Source: Antedon mediterranea
Lineage: Eukaryota > Animalia > Echinodermata
DNA length: 64,000 bases
Assembly: GCF_964355755.1 (NCBI RefSeq)
Contig: NC_092676.1
Coordinates: forward strand, 10,455,888 to 10,519,887
Direction of reading: 5' to 3'
The notes beneath the pieces are model-generated. The model worked only from the letters and a program-made list of their open reading frames with translations, had not been told where the DNA came from and did no database searches. The position numbers were made by a program, and so were the translations under genes. Numbering within the stretch: position 1 is the stretch's first letter; every line of letters begins with the position of its first letter. Shown here one piece after another: positions 11,948 through 25,148 of the stretch.

Positions 11948-12898
11948 TTATACAGATATTGACTGCTTAGAGGTTAAATATAAGATTTGACATCCCCGAG
12001 GGAATGATATTAAGTTCGAGGGAATATATATTTCCCGAAGCGCCAGCTGAGGGAAATATATATTCCCCGAGAACTTAATATCATTCCCGAGGGGATGTCA
12101 AATCTTATATTTAACCGATATAAAAGGCAATATCTGTTATATTATATAGCCAAGAACAAGTCTGCTGGGTTGGGTGAAGCTAGGCTAGGCCTAGGCCTCC
12201 TATAGTATTTGTATTGTATTTAAAACAAGCCTGCCTAGACACCTTACCTTGCGAAGAATAATATACAGATAATTACTAATTAATGATTCCTTGGCAATAA
12301 AATATTCACTTAGGCCTAGGTCGTTTAAATTAACAGAAGAATTTCCATCAATAAGCCTATTAATAATAATATTATAATCAGGTAGGCCGAATAAAGAATT
12401 CGTCTTCTCTCGATCTTCGAGGAGCCGAATCACCGGATGTTCAGCGCGTACTAGTTACTAGGTTACTACCGTGAGTATTGACCAATCACAAACGGTGTTT
12501 CATCACATTTAGGGTGGACTTATAACAAATGAGGGCGCTATGTATGCATAGCTTAAATAGTTTAGAAGATTAATTTCTTCAAGCAAATTCCGTGGCCCAG
12601 CGGATGAAACGTTGTCTTGCGATGGAGTGACAATTCCACCCGAGTTCAAGATCGAGTAGATGACTTTTGTTTATTTATCGGCAAACTCGAGTGTTGCACA
12701 CGAAAATTACACAGTCAATATCATCGTACTCGAGAATTTATATGATTAATGACAGGGGACACGATTATTACGCGAAAATTACACAGTCAATATCATCGTT
12801 CTCGAGGATATATACGATTTACGATCCTCGCAGCGGTAGTCATGTGATGCAGTTTCAACCAATCACGTTCGCGTATTTACATAGGCTATGTAATATAA
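11948..12898. mobile_element. Non-autonomous Crypton-like element with a 145-bp hairpin
   Basis: Near-perfect palindrome at 11972-12116 with a ccgaagcgccagctgagg loop. The internal segment 12126-12151 is complementary to both element ends. No TIR or TSD. Confidence 0.6.
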
Positions 12899-13796
12899 TA
12901 GTATAATGTACATCTTTGGTATATGAGTGTCGTTTAACACACTTTACTATCATAAACATGAAAAATCAATTAGGTAATTAATACAAATACAATTTCTTAC
13001 CTAAAAGAGCCAGTTGTACGGGCCAGATATATACTTTAAAAACGGGATTTTAATATTGTTGGAGCACTGTTACACTTTGTATGTAAATAAAACATTGTAT
13101 TATTATAATGCCGTTATTTTCTCGGTGGTTTTATTTTTGATTGAGAACCCTACCACGAAAATTACGTAGAAATACAGCCTCCGATTGAAAGGAATATACA
13201 CTCTCTTGTTATAAATATATCATCTCCAGTCAGTACCCATGCGATCCTTCCGTCTGATGTTGGTTTTGCAGTTGTAGGTTGATACAAACAAATAAATAAA
13301 ATATTAAGATATAGTTACTATGTATACAGTAGGCCTACTGCTGTAAATGTGGGTGGCACAAAGCTTTGGCCTACATACAGTGCAGATGTTCAACCATCTG
13401 GATGCAGGTCAAGTCGGCCCTAAACTGGTCCCATGTCAACTCGGGCCCACGTCAAGTCTGCCCCACAAGTCAACAAAAAAACAACTCGTGAATCATGGCG
13501 GCTGAAATGTCAAATTACTGTTATTTTTTGCCTTCTTTAGTGTTTATCCTTAAAATTTTGGATAGTGATATAGCCTATCGTGTATGGCCCATCAAGAACT
13601 ATAAAAAATGTGAGCATGTACCATTCAGCGGTTTAGACACACAAGTAGCATTATTATATAGATGGTATATGAGTTGACATAGGGTTGTCGGTCATCACAA
13701 ATTGAAAGCTCACTACTACACTGTATTTAAACATGATGAAAAACATCACCAGAAAAAGTGATTGATACTGCACTTTATTTCCTCTCTGCTTTTCAG

Positions 13797-13961
13797 ACTC
13801 ATAAAGCAATGGAGGTTGGAAGACGAGGTAAAGTTCAAGTGGAAGACATTGTGTTCCTAATACGTAAAGATTCTAGAAAGTATTCTAGGGTTAGGGACCT
13901 TCTTACCATGAACGAAGAGTTAAAGAAAGCCAGGAAGGCGTTTGATGAAGCAATCTATTGA
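13797..13961 (+). CDS. TAF13: TAF13 exon 4 (131-aa protein in total)
   Basis: Reads THKAMEVGRRGKVQVEDIVFLIRKDSRKYSRVRDLLTMNEELKKARKAFDEAIY-TGA after acceptor tttcag. Confidence 0.97.
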   Translation, partial: THKAMEVGRRGKVQVEDIVFLIRKDSRKYSRVRDLLTMNEELKKARKAFDEAIY

Positions 13962-14721
13962 AGAAGTAAGTATAGTAGTTTCTTCCAAAACCACAATCAA
14001 TAAGACACCAGCTGTGGCAACAATACAAAAAAAGGTTAACTAAAATTTTATGGTGTACAGATGTTTACCTAAGTAATAATTATTTTGTATGCCGGAGCAT
14101 GAAAATATAATTAAAGCATTTTTATAGTCTTAAATACTGTAATCTGACAGTGACACCCATAGTATTAAGAGGTAAATTTGGTAGTGATATAATGTCGACA
14201 TTACATCTACACTGTATAGAAATACCAGAATTGTTGTTCGTAAGCCAACTTTGAAATGAGCTAGAAAGCAAACAAAAAATAATATATCTACAGTATATGA
14301 GATAATTTTCACAAAATTTCATCTAAAAAAAATTTGTCCCACAAGATCAAATCCTAGGTCAAATGGAATAGAATAAGTTATACATCTTTTAAATAGTTCT
14401 ATCTCAAAAGTAAATAGAAGATTTGGATAGCTTTAACAATTAGCTTTCCAAAGATACCTGTCACAACAAAATCGGTCCACACGTTACGGAGATACGGTCA
14501 TTTAAATATAGCCCGCCGCGTCGTTTTTGCGCAAAATCGCGAAGAAACGACGGCGCGTAACGCGCGAACCGTTGGTCGTATGGCGCTCAAATTAAAAATT
14601 TCAGGTTTTATAGCTAAAAATAACCCAAAAACCAAATTTGAAGAAAGTAGGGTTTAACCCATTGGGTGATTTGACATGGAATGACCCTTTTGTTAAATTA
14701 TCACACTGCTCGGTGACAACT

Positions 14722-15572
14722 TAGACTTGCCCCAAGTCTGTATTGTTTTTTTTATTTTATTTATTTGTTTTTATTTCGACCGCGATTTTTGTCTGAAAAT
14801 ACAGACTTGTGAAACACGTATAGAAATCGATTTGCAGACCGCAAACATCCGATAAGAATGACGTAGGTTATCATACCGTATTTGGCTATATGGGGCGGGC
14901 GGTATGTAAATATGGATTTCGAATCAACCAATGATCATTTTGTTTCAAAATGAAAAAGATCGAGTAGGCCTACGTACAGTGCTGAATGTACGATCGAGGC
15001 TGTTGAAATATGAAATCGTGTTGCCAAGTTGTTTTGTTTATTAATTTTTTAGTCCTTAGGTCTCCTTCGTAGGTCTTACACAACTCGCACGTATGACCTG
15101 CCAAATAAAACGCCAATAAGGTAGGCCTACATAATACCACCACCGGCACACAACAGGATTCACACACAACATAGGGCTACACCACTACACAGAACAGGAC
15201 AGGGTCTGGGTGGGAATTAAATCAAATTATCTCCGCGTAATATTAAATGATCCCTATAAAATCCTGTACCCAAGTACACATTGTCTAAACGTAACATATC
15301 GCATGCGTACCATCTTAGTTGTTGAGTCTTTGAAATTCTGAAATATGAATATTAAAATGGTGTACGAGTGAGTAGCCAATCGCATGCAGCTGAAACTAGT
15401 CAACCGGATAATCTATGCACCAAGAATTCTTGGTGTCAAACCACGTGACTTTTGCGTGTTTCCCCAGATGGAGTATCCAAACTCAAGTAATACACGTATG
15501 AAACGCCATATGTGCAAAAATATTTATATTTTTACTAATATTAAGAAAAAACTCCGTCTGGAGCCCAGACTA
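14722..15572. mobile_element. Non-autonomous Academ (AcademH-like) element, copy 1
   Basis: TAG...CTA termini, each with a short hairpin. TSD ggtgacaact (10 bp). An inverted near-identical copy lies at 20935-21870. Confidence 0.8.
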
Positions 15573-17046
15573 GGTGACAACTATGTATACAGAGTAGATT
15601 TTATAAAATGTTTCAACACTACTCATCATACTAAAAAAAAAATTATAATTTTACTAAAATATTCCTTTTCCTCCTATATTTCATAATTTAGACATATTTT
15701 GTATGTTCATACTATTTAAAGTTGTGAGATTTTAGTTTAGTAGTTATTAATTGGATGCAATTGATTGCTATATAAATGGGATTATAATATTATTTCAAAC
15801 CATGTTTTATCTACTCTCTACTATATCGTGTACTTGTAGAGCCTAAATTATAAAAAAAAAAAACTCTAAAAATCAATGCAATGTATTTTTTAAAGGTTTT
15901 TGTTGACTTTTACGGCTCTACAACATTCTTCTCTCATTGCCCTTTTAAATATTAATATATTCTCTTCTCACAGCTGATGGTCCTAGTACCAAGTTAGTCA
16001 ATAAATGGTAAAGTGTACAGATGTCATGAAACCATACAGTACAACAAATCGAATATCAGATCTTGTATATATCTCAGCTGGCCTGAAGTTAGAGTGCTGT
16101 GATCCATACAATTCTCAAGTCATGTGCGGTTGTTGTTTTCTACCAACAAACACTTTTATGACATGATCAGTTAATTTGTTACAAGGCACCGCTTGCAATG
16201 TGTCTGGAGTGGATCACTTAATTTATATTTGATGATTAAATACTTTTTTAAATGTTTATGTTGAAATGCTTAATAGTTATTCACTTTGACCAACAGTTAT
16301 GTTGACAATACATTTTTAAACTGGTGAATATTTATAGCGAGCATCCAAAAATGAACATAGTAACAATAACCTCCTTGGCAGAGGTATATATATATATATT
16401 ATACTGTAGCAATTTTAATACCTTTTCTAAAAACCATTATGAGGGAAGGGAGGGTGACACGACAATTAGAAAAAAAATACTAGATAATATTAGGGTTAAA
16501 ACAATATTAATTTATTTGTAGAAATGTACAGGATAAGAATGCAGGGAAATGAGAAGACATGACATGGATTTCATGATACAATATCTTAAAATAAATTTGG
16601 CATTAGCAATGCATTGTTGCATGCTTTACTCTTCATTGTGATATATTACAGCCCCAGTTCAACAGAGGTCAAAATATAGTCCTGAATGAAATCGATCGAT
16701 ATAGATATTATTAAAACATGAACATGTTTGTGAACAGAAGACTCAAATTATTGTAGTGTTTACATGGATTTTAAAATAAATTTGGCAATAACATGAATTC
16801 CAAAAGAGGAACCAAAAGTGGCATGCTATTCTTCTGTATAAAACAGTTGTGATTTTTCTTGAGGAACATCAGCTATATACAGTTTACAGCCCCGTAGTTC
16901 AACAGCGGTTAATAGTCCTGAACGAATCGATGAAATTGTTGACAACTCCTGGTCATCAATATTGATACAGTTTATAATTAAACATGGACATTTGAACAAA
17001 TTTTGTGTATATAAAAATTGATGTTCACTCTCAACCGATTATGTCA

Positions 17047-17113
17047 TCAGCTGGGCGTAGAATCATCATCATCTATAGGTACAGAGAGTGTGTTGATTGC
17101 TTTCCACACTTGC
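17047..17113 (-). CDS. C6orf118-like protein, last coding exon
   Basis: Acceptor ttttcag. Reads (R)QVWKAINTLSVPIDDDDSTPS-TGA, phase-consistent with the preceding exon. Confidence 0.75.
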
Positions 17114-17401
17114 CTGAAAATATAATTAAAATACATTATAATATACTATGCATTTTGAATCCATGGCACTTTGCTATTTGATGATAAATAGAAAATGCCG
17201 AATGTTACTACAGTGTCTTCATGCGTGATAGAGGGCGAAATTTCGATTAACCTAGAACATTTTACACAGGTTGGTATTTCACAGTGTAAATACATTCATT
17301 AATGGGTCGTGAAATAAAATTTATCCGGGTTTTTTTGTTGCGCTTGGCGATGTAAACAAGGGTATTAGACAAAAATTATGAACTTAACAGAAAAAAATTA
17401 C

Positions 17402-17466
17402 CTGCATTCTGAATCTTCTATAATTTTTGTTTTTTCCATGACTTTTTCAATATCTATTTCAAGTTG
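17402..17466 (-). CDS. C6orf118-like protein, exon
   Basis: Reads QLEIDIEKVMEKTKIIEDSEC(R). Bounded by AG and GTAA, phases 0 and 2. Confidence 0.78.
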
Positions 17467-18098
17467 CTAAGAAGTAAAGAAGATATTTTTTTAATGAAAT
17501 ATACATTTTCTTCTCTAATTTTCAACAAACTAAAACTAATTTTGCACAATACCAAAATCTAATTCCAAATGTTACATGGTGTTTTAAGAAATTACACATT
17601 TATTGTAATTTACTTTAAATTATATCATTATTTAATTAATCTATTAAAAGTATTAGTTAACACAATTGGTCAATAACTGACTTCTTTAATTGGAAGTTTG
17701 TATCCTATAATAATTACACTAATTGTTAATTACTTATTTGCCTGTCACGTGGGGGATTAAATGTGAATGTATATAAAGGCATAAATGTAAAAGGAACCCT
17801 AAAGACAATAAAGTAACTTGGACAGCATTATGGCTGACAATATTGTGAAATTAACTAAAAAATATTTAAATTTTATTATATTGTATGTACTAAAATAATT
17901 GTTTAAAAAACACTAATTATAATCACCCATAGAATAAGCAAATGTACGCTTGAATGACGTCTGTCTATGGGATTACATGGAGCTTTAGTGTTGTAAAATA
18001 GCACCTAGCAATTCATTCATCTATCTTGTACAGTATAGCTGCGCTATACAACTAAACTAAACTTTCGTCTAAAAAAACGCCATGGCCTGACTATTTAC

Positions 18099-18405
18099 CT
18101 GAATGGTTTTTTCAAGGTATTCATTAGTACTGAGAACCTTTAATACAGCAATTTCCATCTCTTTCACGCCGTGTTCCAGATGTTTACACACAGCACTTGG
18201 TACATAGCCACTTTGAATCTGACTTCTGGTCTCTTTCATGTCCTCTACCAGTTCCAGAATACCAACATGTAACGCTGCTATCTGATCCTCGAAGCTCTTT
18301 AGTGTTAAGTCTTTACTTTTTGGTTCATCTCGCTGGACTGGTTTTGAATCTGGTATGGGCTCCGTTTCCAAGTTCTCTCTTTCAGTTTGAACAGACATTC
18401 GTAAT
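18099..18405 (-). CDS. C6orf118-like protein, coiled-coil exon
   Basis: Reads LRMSVQTERENLE...NEYLEKTIQ within ORF 18069-18443. Acceptor tttttag, donor CAG/GTAAAT. Confidence 0.85.
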
Positions 18406-18480
18406 CTAAAAATAAAATATCTGGAAACTGAATAGGGGATCATTAGAGCAAATTAAATAAATCATGTAGTAAGTTTAAAA

Positions 18481-18760
18481 GTGCACCACGCAGTGGTTTT
18501 ATGTTGGTGGATAACATGTTTGCCTTCGATTCCAGGAGCCTGCATTCAAATCCGTTGACAGTTGATTTTGTTCCCATTTATTATCACAGTACAGTATTAT
18601 TTTGCAGTAGGGTACTGGACTATCATACCGAAAGAACCAGAGTAGATTTCCAATAAAAACGACTCCCAGGTAAATGAATGCCTGGTTGAAAACTGAGGAA
18701 GATAAGGTGGCTTGGAAAGGAACTGTTTATCTTTTAACGTGATTTGATTTGAAAATCATT
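18481..18760 (+). mobile_element. Degenerate tRNA-derived SINE
   Basis: A-box-like gtggttttatgttggtgg and B-box-like cattcaaatcc, followed by a SINE-like body. Confidence 0.4.
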
Positions 18761-20934
18761 GTAAAAATGACATTGATGATAATAGATTAAAAAGGGTTAG
18801 CTTATTTCCATAGTATAACACTTAAATATTTAAAAAATATATAATGAAAATTAATCTAATATTGAAAATACTGAAATTTGATTAACATTTACTACTCTTT
18901 TCAATTTGCTAATCGATTGAGGTAGGTTTGTAGGTGTTAAAATTGATAAACATTTAATTTGGATCAATAATAATTACTAATATATATTAATTAAAAATAA
19001 TAGAAAAAACCCAGGTATTTTATTCAAATGTTGTATCCACAGATGTATTTAAAAATATTTATTCAATTAAGTATTGCATGAAATAGAAGTCTGGGGTAGC
19101 TCCTATATAACATATTAAACCTATTTATATTATTCAAAAGATGTGTATGCGATGCATTACTTTTTCTGATTGTATGACTGCGTCATCTCAATTATTTAAA
19201 CATTTTAATATTTACATAGATTATACGAATTATGTTAATTTTGTTTTTGATTTATTTTTATTTTCTCCAATTTGACATTGGTGAATAAAGAATAATAGAA
19301 ATATATTAATATAATCAGATTTAGAAACTGAAAAACCATTGATACTACTTCTTTTCATCTTGGTGGTTAGAAACCTTTTAGTCAATTAAGGCACCGATTT
19401 ACCATAAATAAATCTAAAAGCTAATTTCACATCGCACCTGGAGACGGCTCTGCAAAAAATATTGAGGAAGATGGGTTCAGTGATAAAGCATAAGATTGCT
19501 CGATGTGAAAGCACTCAAGATTTATTTGTAAGGAATCCAGGCAAAAGCTTTATGAACATATGGTTTAACTTAAGCTGGCAAATTCTATCATCTAGACATA
19601 TTGTAGATGACCAATTTTATGCCCAGGCTTGTACAATATGAGCTCCTAACCTAACCCTACTGTACAATCAGAATTAATACAAGACTTGTGATCTTTACCA
19701 TACAGTATTATTATAATGTGAACTTTTCAAAGGACAAAAATATGGTAAAAAGCATGAGATGTCTAGAAGCATCTTATAATAACTATCAGTGATAATGAAA
19801 TTAAGTGTTGTATAGTACACTAAACTTCTTCCTCATATAATAACAATTAATAATTTGCAATGATTATTATCAGCCAGTGGGGATAACAACATGAAAGTAT
19901 TAACTCATAAATAATTTATGAACACTTTCATGTTGTTTTCCTATTTCCAGATGATGATCCTGATTAAAACAGAACAACTACATTATTGTCTAGTAACCGT
20001 ATGCATCTGAATTCACCTTTTAACCTAGTGGTAGGTGATGCAGAGTTAAAAACGGGGTAAATTAAAGTATTTTAATTTAGACACTTTCCTTGCAATTGTT
20101 GAAAATGAAATTTTGTAAAATAAAACATATTTATTTAAAAAACATTAACCCAGGTCATTCCTCTTAAATGTATGTTCATATGGTTAAATTTGATAAAAAG
20201 AGAAAAACAATGTACCCTACTCAGAAGTAGTTTGCATTGGCCGTGCTCTACCAGAAGTGCCAAGGCCTACTGTGGTATCTTTTTAGGCTCTACTCCCAGC
20301 CTAGTCTTGGAGTCTTCTGTAATCATTTTTCTATTTCTGTGATATAAATTATATCACAGAAATAGAAAGGTATAAATATCTTGGTGTTATACAGATTCAG
20401 ACAATATCAATGAAGTATAATCAAAAAGGGAAATAGAATTATACCAGTACTATTATATAAACACATTAGGCATAGAACATTAATTCTAAACCGCCTGGTA
20501 ATATACTGAAATTTAATTAAATACTTTGAAATGATAAGATGAGGAAATCTGTGAGAATGAGAAAAAGTCGCCCCAACCGAGATTCGAACCGGATGTCCTA
20601 ACCATCAGATCACTTGGGCTTTCATAGTTCAAACCCGATTGGATAGTAATTCTTTAACATTCTCAGTGTGGTACGGCGGAACAGCACTAGTTCCTTAAAT
20701 CACTTTAAACAATACTTAACTGCTGCATGGAGACTACACTTAATATATAATAATAAATAACTATTTTACCCCCCCCCCCCCCAAAATATAATCTACTAAC
20801 TTTTATTTTACCATTTATTTAATTAAGTAATAACGACAAATTTTTTCCTTTTCCCAATTGACTATCGCACCAAAAGTGGGGTCCTCACAGAAGCAAAATG
20901 AAAACATCATTATCATCATCAGCTGGTATTTATA

Positions 20935-21870
20935 TAGTCTGGGTTCCAGACGGAGTTTTGTCTTAATATTAGTAAAAAGATAAATATTTTGGCACGTTTC
21001 ATACGTATACTACTTGATTTTGGATACTCCGTCTGGGGAAACATGCACAAGTCACATGGTTTGACACCAAGAATTCTTGGTGCATACGATTATCCGGTTG
21101 ACTAGTTTCAGCTGCATGCGATTGGCTACTCACTCGTACACCGTTTTAATATTCATATTTCAGAATTTCAAAGACTCAACAACTAAGATGATGCGCATGC
21201 GCTATGTTACGTTTAGACAATGTGTACTTGGGTACATTTATGAAAGTTTCTGAAGGCTAGAAATTATTTTATATGGCATGCCTAGTACTAGTAGTCTGGT
21301 AAACATTTGATGGGATTTTTCCCAAGAACATGAAAACTCGTCTTGATATGATAGGCTAGCTTCTCCGCAAATCAAACATTGAATGGATCATTTTGATTTC
21401 CCACCCAGACCCTGTCCTGTTCTGTGTGGTGGTGTAGCCCTGTTGTGTGCCGGTGGTATGTAGGCCTACTTTATTGGTGTTTTATTTGGCAGGTCATACG
21501 TGCGAGTTGAGTAAGACCTACGAAAGAGGCCTAGGCCAAGGACTAAACAATTAATAAACAAAACAACTTGGCATATACGATTTAGTATATTTCAACAGTC
21601 TCGATCGTACATTCAGCACTGTCACGTCCGTACTCGATCTTTTTCATTTTGAAACAAAATGATCATTGGTTGATTCGAAATCCATATTTACATACCGCTC
21701 GCCCCATATAGCCAAATACGGTATGATAAACTACGTCATTCTTATCGGATGTTTGCGGTCTGCAAATCGATTTCTATACGTGTTTCACAAGTCTGTATTT
21801 TGAGACAAAAATCGCGGTCGAAATAAAAAAAAATAAAAAAAAAAGATAATACAGACTTGGGGCAAGTCTA
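20935..21870. mobile_element. Non-autonomous Academ (AcademH-like) element, copy 2 (inverted)
   Basis: tagtctgggttccagac ... agacttggggcaagtcta with TSD gtatttata (9 bp). Confidence 0.8.
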
Positions 21871-22556
21871 GTATTTATACTATAACGAGCCACTTGAAAT
21901 AATTAGAATTGACTTGCATCCTACTGGGCTGAATTGCGTACAGTACAGGTGTGGACAACACATTGCACAACTTTCTTCTCCCCCAAGGGTCCCTTTATGT
22001 CGAGGGCTGCCACCAAATGGAGCCATTCTGTCTGACCAAAATGACCGGGGCTGCATGAAAAAGTTTGGGGTAACCCCCTACTCTTCCGAAAGATGTACTG
22101 TACTGTATTAACCAGATGTGTACACTGGACCTCCAGTTTTAAGTCCTTATCCGAGAAGACTCGTTCTACAAATAGAACAATGGTTGAGAATTACCTTGAA
22201 CCTGAACCGATTGTATATCCTATTATTATAGTTTGCGGCGCCCTTTTTGTCCACATAAAAGTGGTCTCTATATTCAACTCGATTTCAATTCAGTCCAGTT
22301 AAATCATGAGAAGATGTTTTTAAACCTTTGACATTTAGGTTTTGCATTTAGTGTAATTTTTTAACTTAATAACAGACTTGTCATCACTAATATAAATAAG
22401 ATTAAATAAGATAGGCCTAAGACGCTTTAAATAGAAATCAATGACATCAACTCTAAACTGCAACAAACAAATACCCAGAACAAAGGCAGTCTGTACAGTA
22501 AACTCACTAATGCATCACAGTTTATGAGTGTAATGGTACAAATAATGCAATGAGGT

Positions 22557-22619
22557 GAATGATGAAAGGTTATATTTCAACGAGGCAAAGCCGAGTTGAT
22601 ATATAACCTTTCATCATTC
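22557..22619. mobile_element. Hairpin remnant of a Crypton-like element
   Basis: gaatgatgaaaggttatat..caac-gaggcaaagccga-gttg..atataacctttcatcattc. The loop resembles that of 11972-12116. Confidence 0.45.
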
Positions 22620-23314
22620 TGTGAGGAATAGTATATAAAATTACATCGGGAAAACTGATATAACACTTTTTGTTTGAAAGTGAAACCCAATAGCCGAATT
22701 GTTGTGAGTAAGCTCTATAACTGTGCCCATGTTGCAAGCCGTAAAACGTGGAAGTTATAGTTTCAAACGATGTTTAAAAACTAAATAATGTATTAATTAT
22801 AGAAATTAGGATGGTATTTATTTGAATAAACACCCAATACCTCCCCAATAAAACATCACTAGAATAACAATCTTCCAACACACCACCCCCCCCCCCCCCC
22901 ACCAACATTAGTATACACACAATAATTGTATTATATTTATAACACAAAATGTTATACTATTTGTAGTAAAATTCATCGGGCTGTTATCTCAAATTTACCA
23001 AGCATTTGTTATTCTTTTTTATATTTTTGATATACTGAAAATAAAAACTGTTATTTGAATATAAAATTAGAAAATTTTAAATTTATAATATATTTTGTTT
23101 TAACCCCAAAAAAAATGTTTAGATTTTTTCATTCTTCATAAATTTAATTAAGAATGATAAACTGAAGGGCCCTATTTTTTAGCCTTACTATTATTATTAT
23201 TAATGATAAAGTAACAATTACAAAAAGTGTACAGGGTTTAAGGTGTTTACCATTATTATGCTAATAAAGGCAATACTGTACATTTGAAACATTTACAATT
23301 ACTGTACACTGTAC

Positions 23315-23502
23315 CTTTCGTTTTCTTCTAAGAGTTCTTTGGCTCGGAGTTCAATTTGCTGTACAGTGCTTTGCTCGTTGTTTACTTGGCCTGGAACAGA
23401 TGTACCACTTGCAGCTAATCCCCGCACTTGGTTATAAAGTAATCGACTCTGTTGCTGTGGCTGTGTGTCTAACAGTGATCCAATATACTCATCATATTCA
23501 TT
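23315..23502 (-). CDS. C6orf118-like protein, exon (TSNAXIP1_N-like region)
   Basis: Reads NEYDEYIGSLLDTQPQQQSRLLYNQ...RAKELLEENE(R). Resembles DEYELYMATLLESQP of vertebrate C6orf118 as I recall it. Bounded by AG and GT. Confidence 0.85.
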
Positions 23503-23949
23503 CTAAATCATAAGACAAATGTAATTTTAATTAACCAATTGAACTGAGTTGTACAGTACAGTATGTTATAGTAAAGTTATAGAGTTTCAACTGTAATAAA
23601 AAACATGAGCTACAGTATCAATCAACATTCATATTCATCTTTATTGCAATCAAAATATTGAAATATAAGATTGGATATTTACCATTCATTTTAAAAAGCA
23701 AAAAACAAAGCCGGATACCCAACCGTGCAAGAAAAAGGCAAACATAAAAAATACTATAGACTTAAAGGATAATACAGTATGGCAGGTACATACAGTAGGT
23801 TTAAAAACTATACTAAAGGATGCGTCGATCTTTCCCCCTTAGGAATGCCAACTGAATAAAATATCATTTTTTGCAGCATCTAAGTTATTGATGTTTCAAA
23901 GAAAAGACTTCCTTTGTCATATTATTCTTAGCAGTATTGCTGTTAAGAA

Positions 23950-24460
23950 ATTAACATTTCGGAAGGAGATTACTGTAGAGTATGCACCTTTAGCCAATTT
24001 CTGTCCCTGATCATAATTTCAAAAGTACAATTTAGGTGCAACTAGCAATTGTCACATTTTTTAATTCGCTGATGATAAATCTATAGTAGGCAAAATTACA
24101 AAAAATGACAGAAGTAACTATAAACAGGTCGATGATCTTTAAATGGTGTCATGAGAATGATCTTGTGTTGAATGTAAATAAAACGAAAGAAATTCATATT
24201 GATTTCAGAAATAAACAAAAATGAAAAGTTTCCACTAAATATCCAAGGCAAAGAAGTTGAAAGTTTTTAGGTGTTCACTTTGCAGATGACTTTAAGTGGA
24301 ATAAACATCTTGAAAAATGTTTTAAAAAAAATGATCTCAAAATATATCTTTCTTATGCTGATACAATTTGGTATTGTATGGTATTTGTATGGCACAATGG
24401 CTGTTCCAATGAAGATAAAAACAAGTTACACATGCTTAAAAAATCATAACCAACTATTCT
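23950..24460 (+). pseudogene. Degenerate LINE reverse transcriptase fragment (Rex1/CR1 group)
   Basis: Remnant FADD..VG.I and WCHENDLVLNVNKTKEIHIDFRN motifs, with frameshifts. Confidence 0.7.
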
Positions 24461-24530
24461 ATTAGTACTTTGTATGCTGAACGTTGACTTGATGATCCGT
24501 GATGGAGGGGGATTTCACTATGTAGTTTAA

Positions 24531-25148
24531 AGCCCTATTCCCTACGTTTTTTAGATCTAATTTAAGATCACAAACTATATTTAATGTAAAAATAATACTA
24601 TATGGTCCTATTGCGATAACTTTTTTCGTCTTTAAACGGTTAAAAATGTGAAAAATAAATCGATTCTAATAATTATAGCGGCCCGCTATAAATCCCAAAG
24701 TGCATTGCGCGCGGATTGATATTTTTGTTTTTCACCTGTAATTCGCCCACTTTTCGATCGATCGTGAAGCCAAAACAAATGGAAGACTCCTAACTTTTCA
24801 GCGAAAATACCGGGTTTTCCCCAATTTGTATCAACGGAGTCTGGCAAAAATAGAAAGACAATTAATGCAGCAACTATACAACGTCAGGCTAGGTATATAG
24901 CTAGCGTACGATGTTCGTACGTTGTCGATGTTTACCAGCTAGGCCTACAAAACTAAGCCTAGCTAGGCTAGGCCTAAGAGTAAGACCGTCCACGAGAGGT
25001 CGATCGCCGCGAGCATTGTTTCTCACTTTTTATCATAATTTACCATAAAACGTACATTTAAGACAAGGAATGACATGGTTTAATGTTTTTAAAGTGATAT
25101 ATATGTATTATTTTCCAAAAAACGTCCAAAATTGCAGGGAAGGGGTCT
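24531..25148. mobile_element. Kolobok-type MITE, copy 1
   Basis: TTAA on both sides and AG...CT termini (agccctattccct / agggaaggggtct). An inverted copy lies at 40443-41064. Confidence 0.85.

Noticed and set aside
13758-13961. SUPT3H (SPT3) as an alternative identity
   Set aside because: The short 131-aa product, MMYGFGDDQNPYTESV and the C-terminal ARKAFDE fit TAF13.
20560-20620. tRNA gene on the minus strand (also 12590-12660 and 58563-58636)
   Set aside because: Only B-box-like remnants are present and no complete cloverleaf can be formed; these are SINE/TE-derived.
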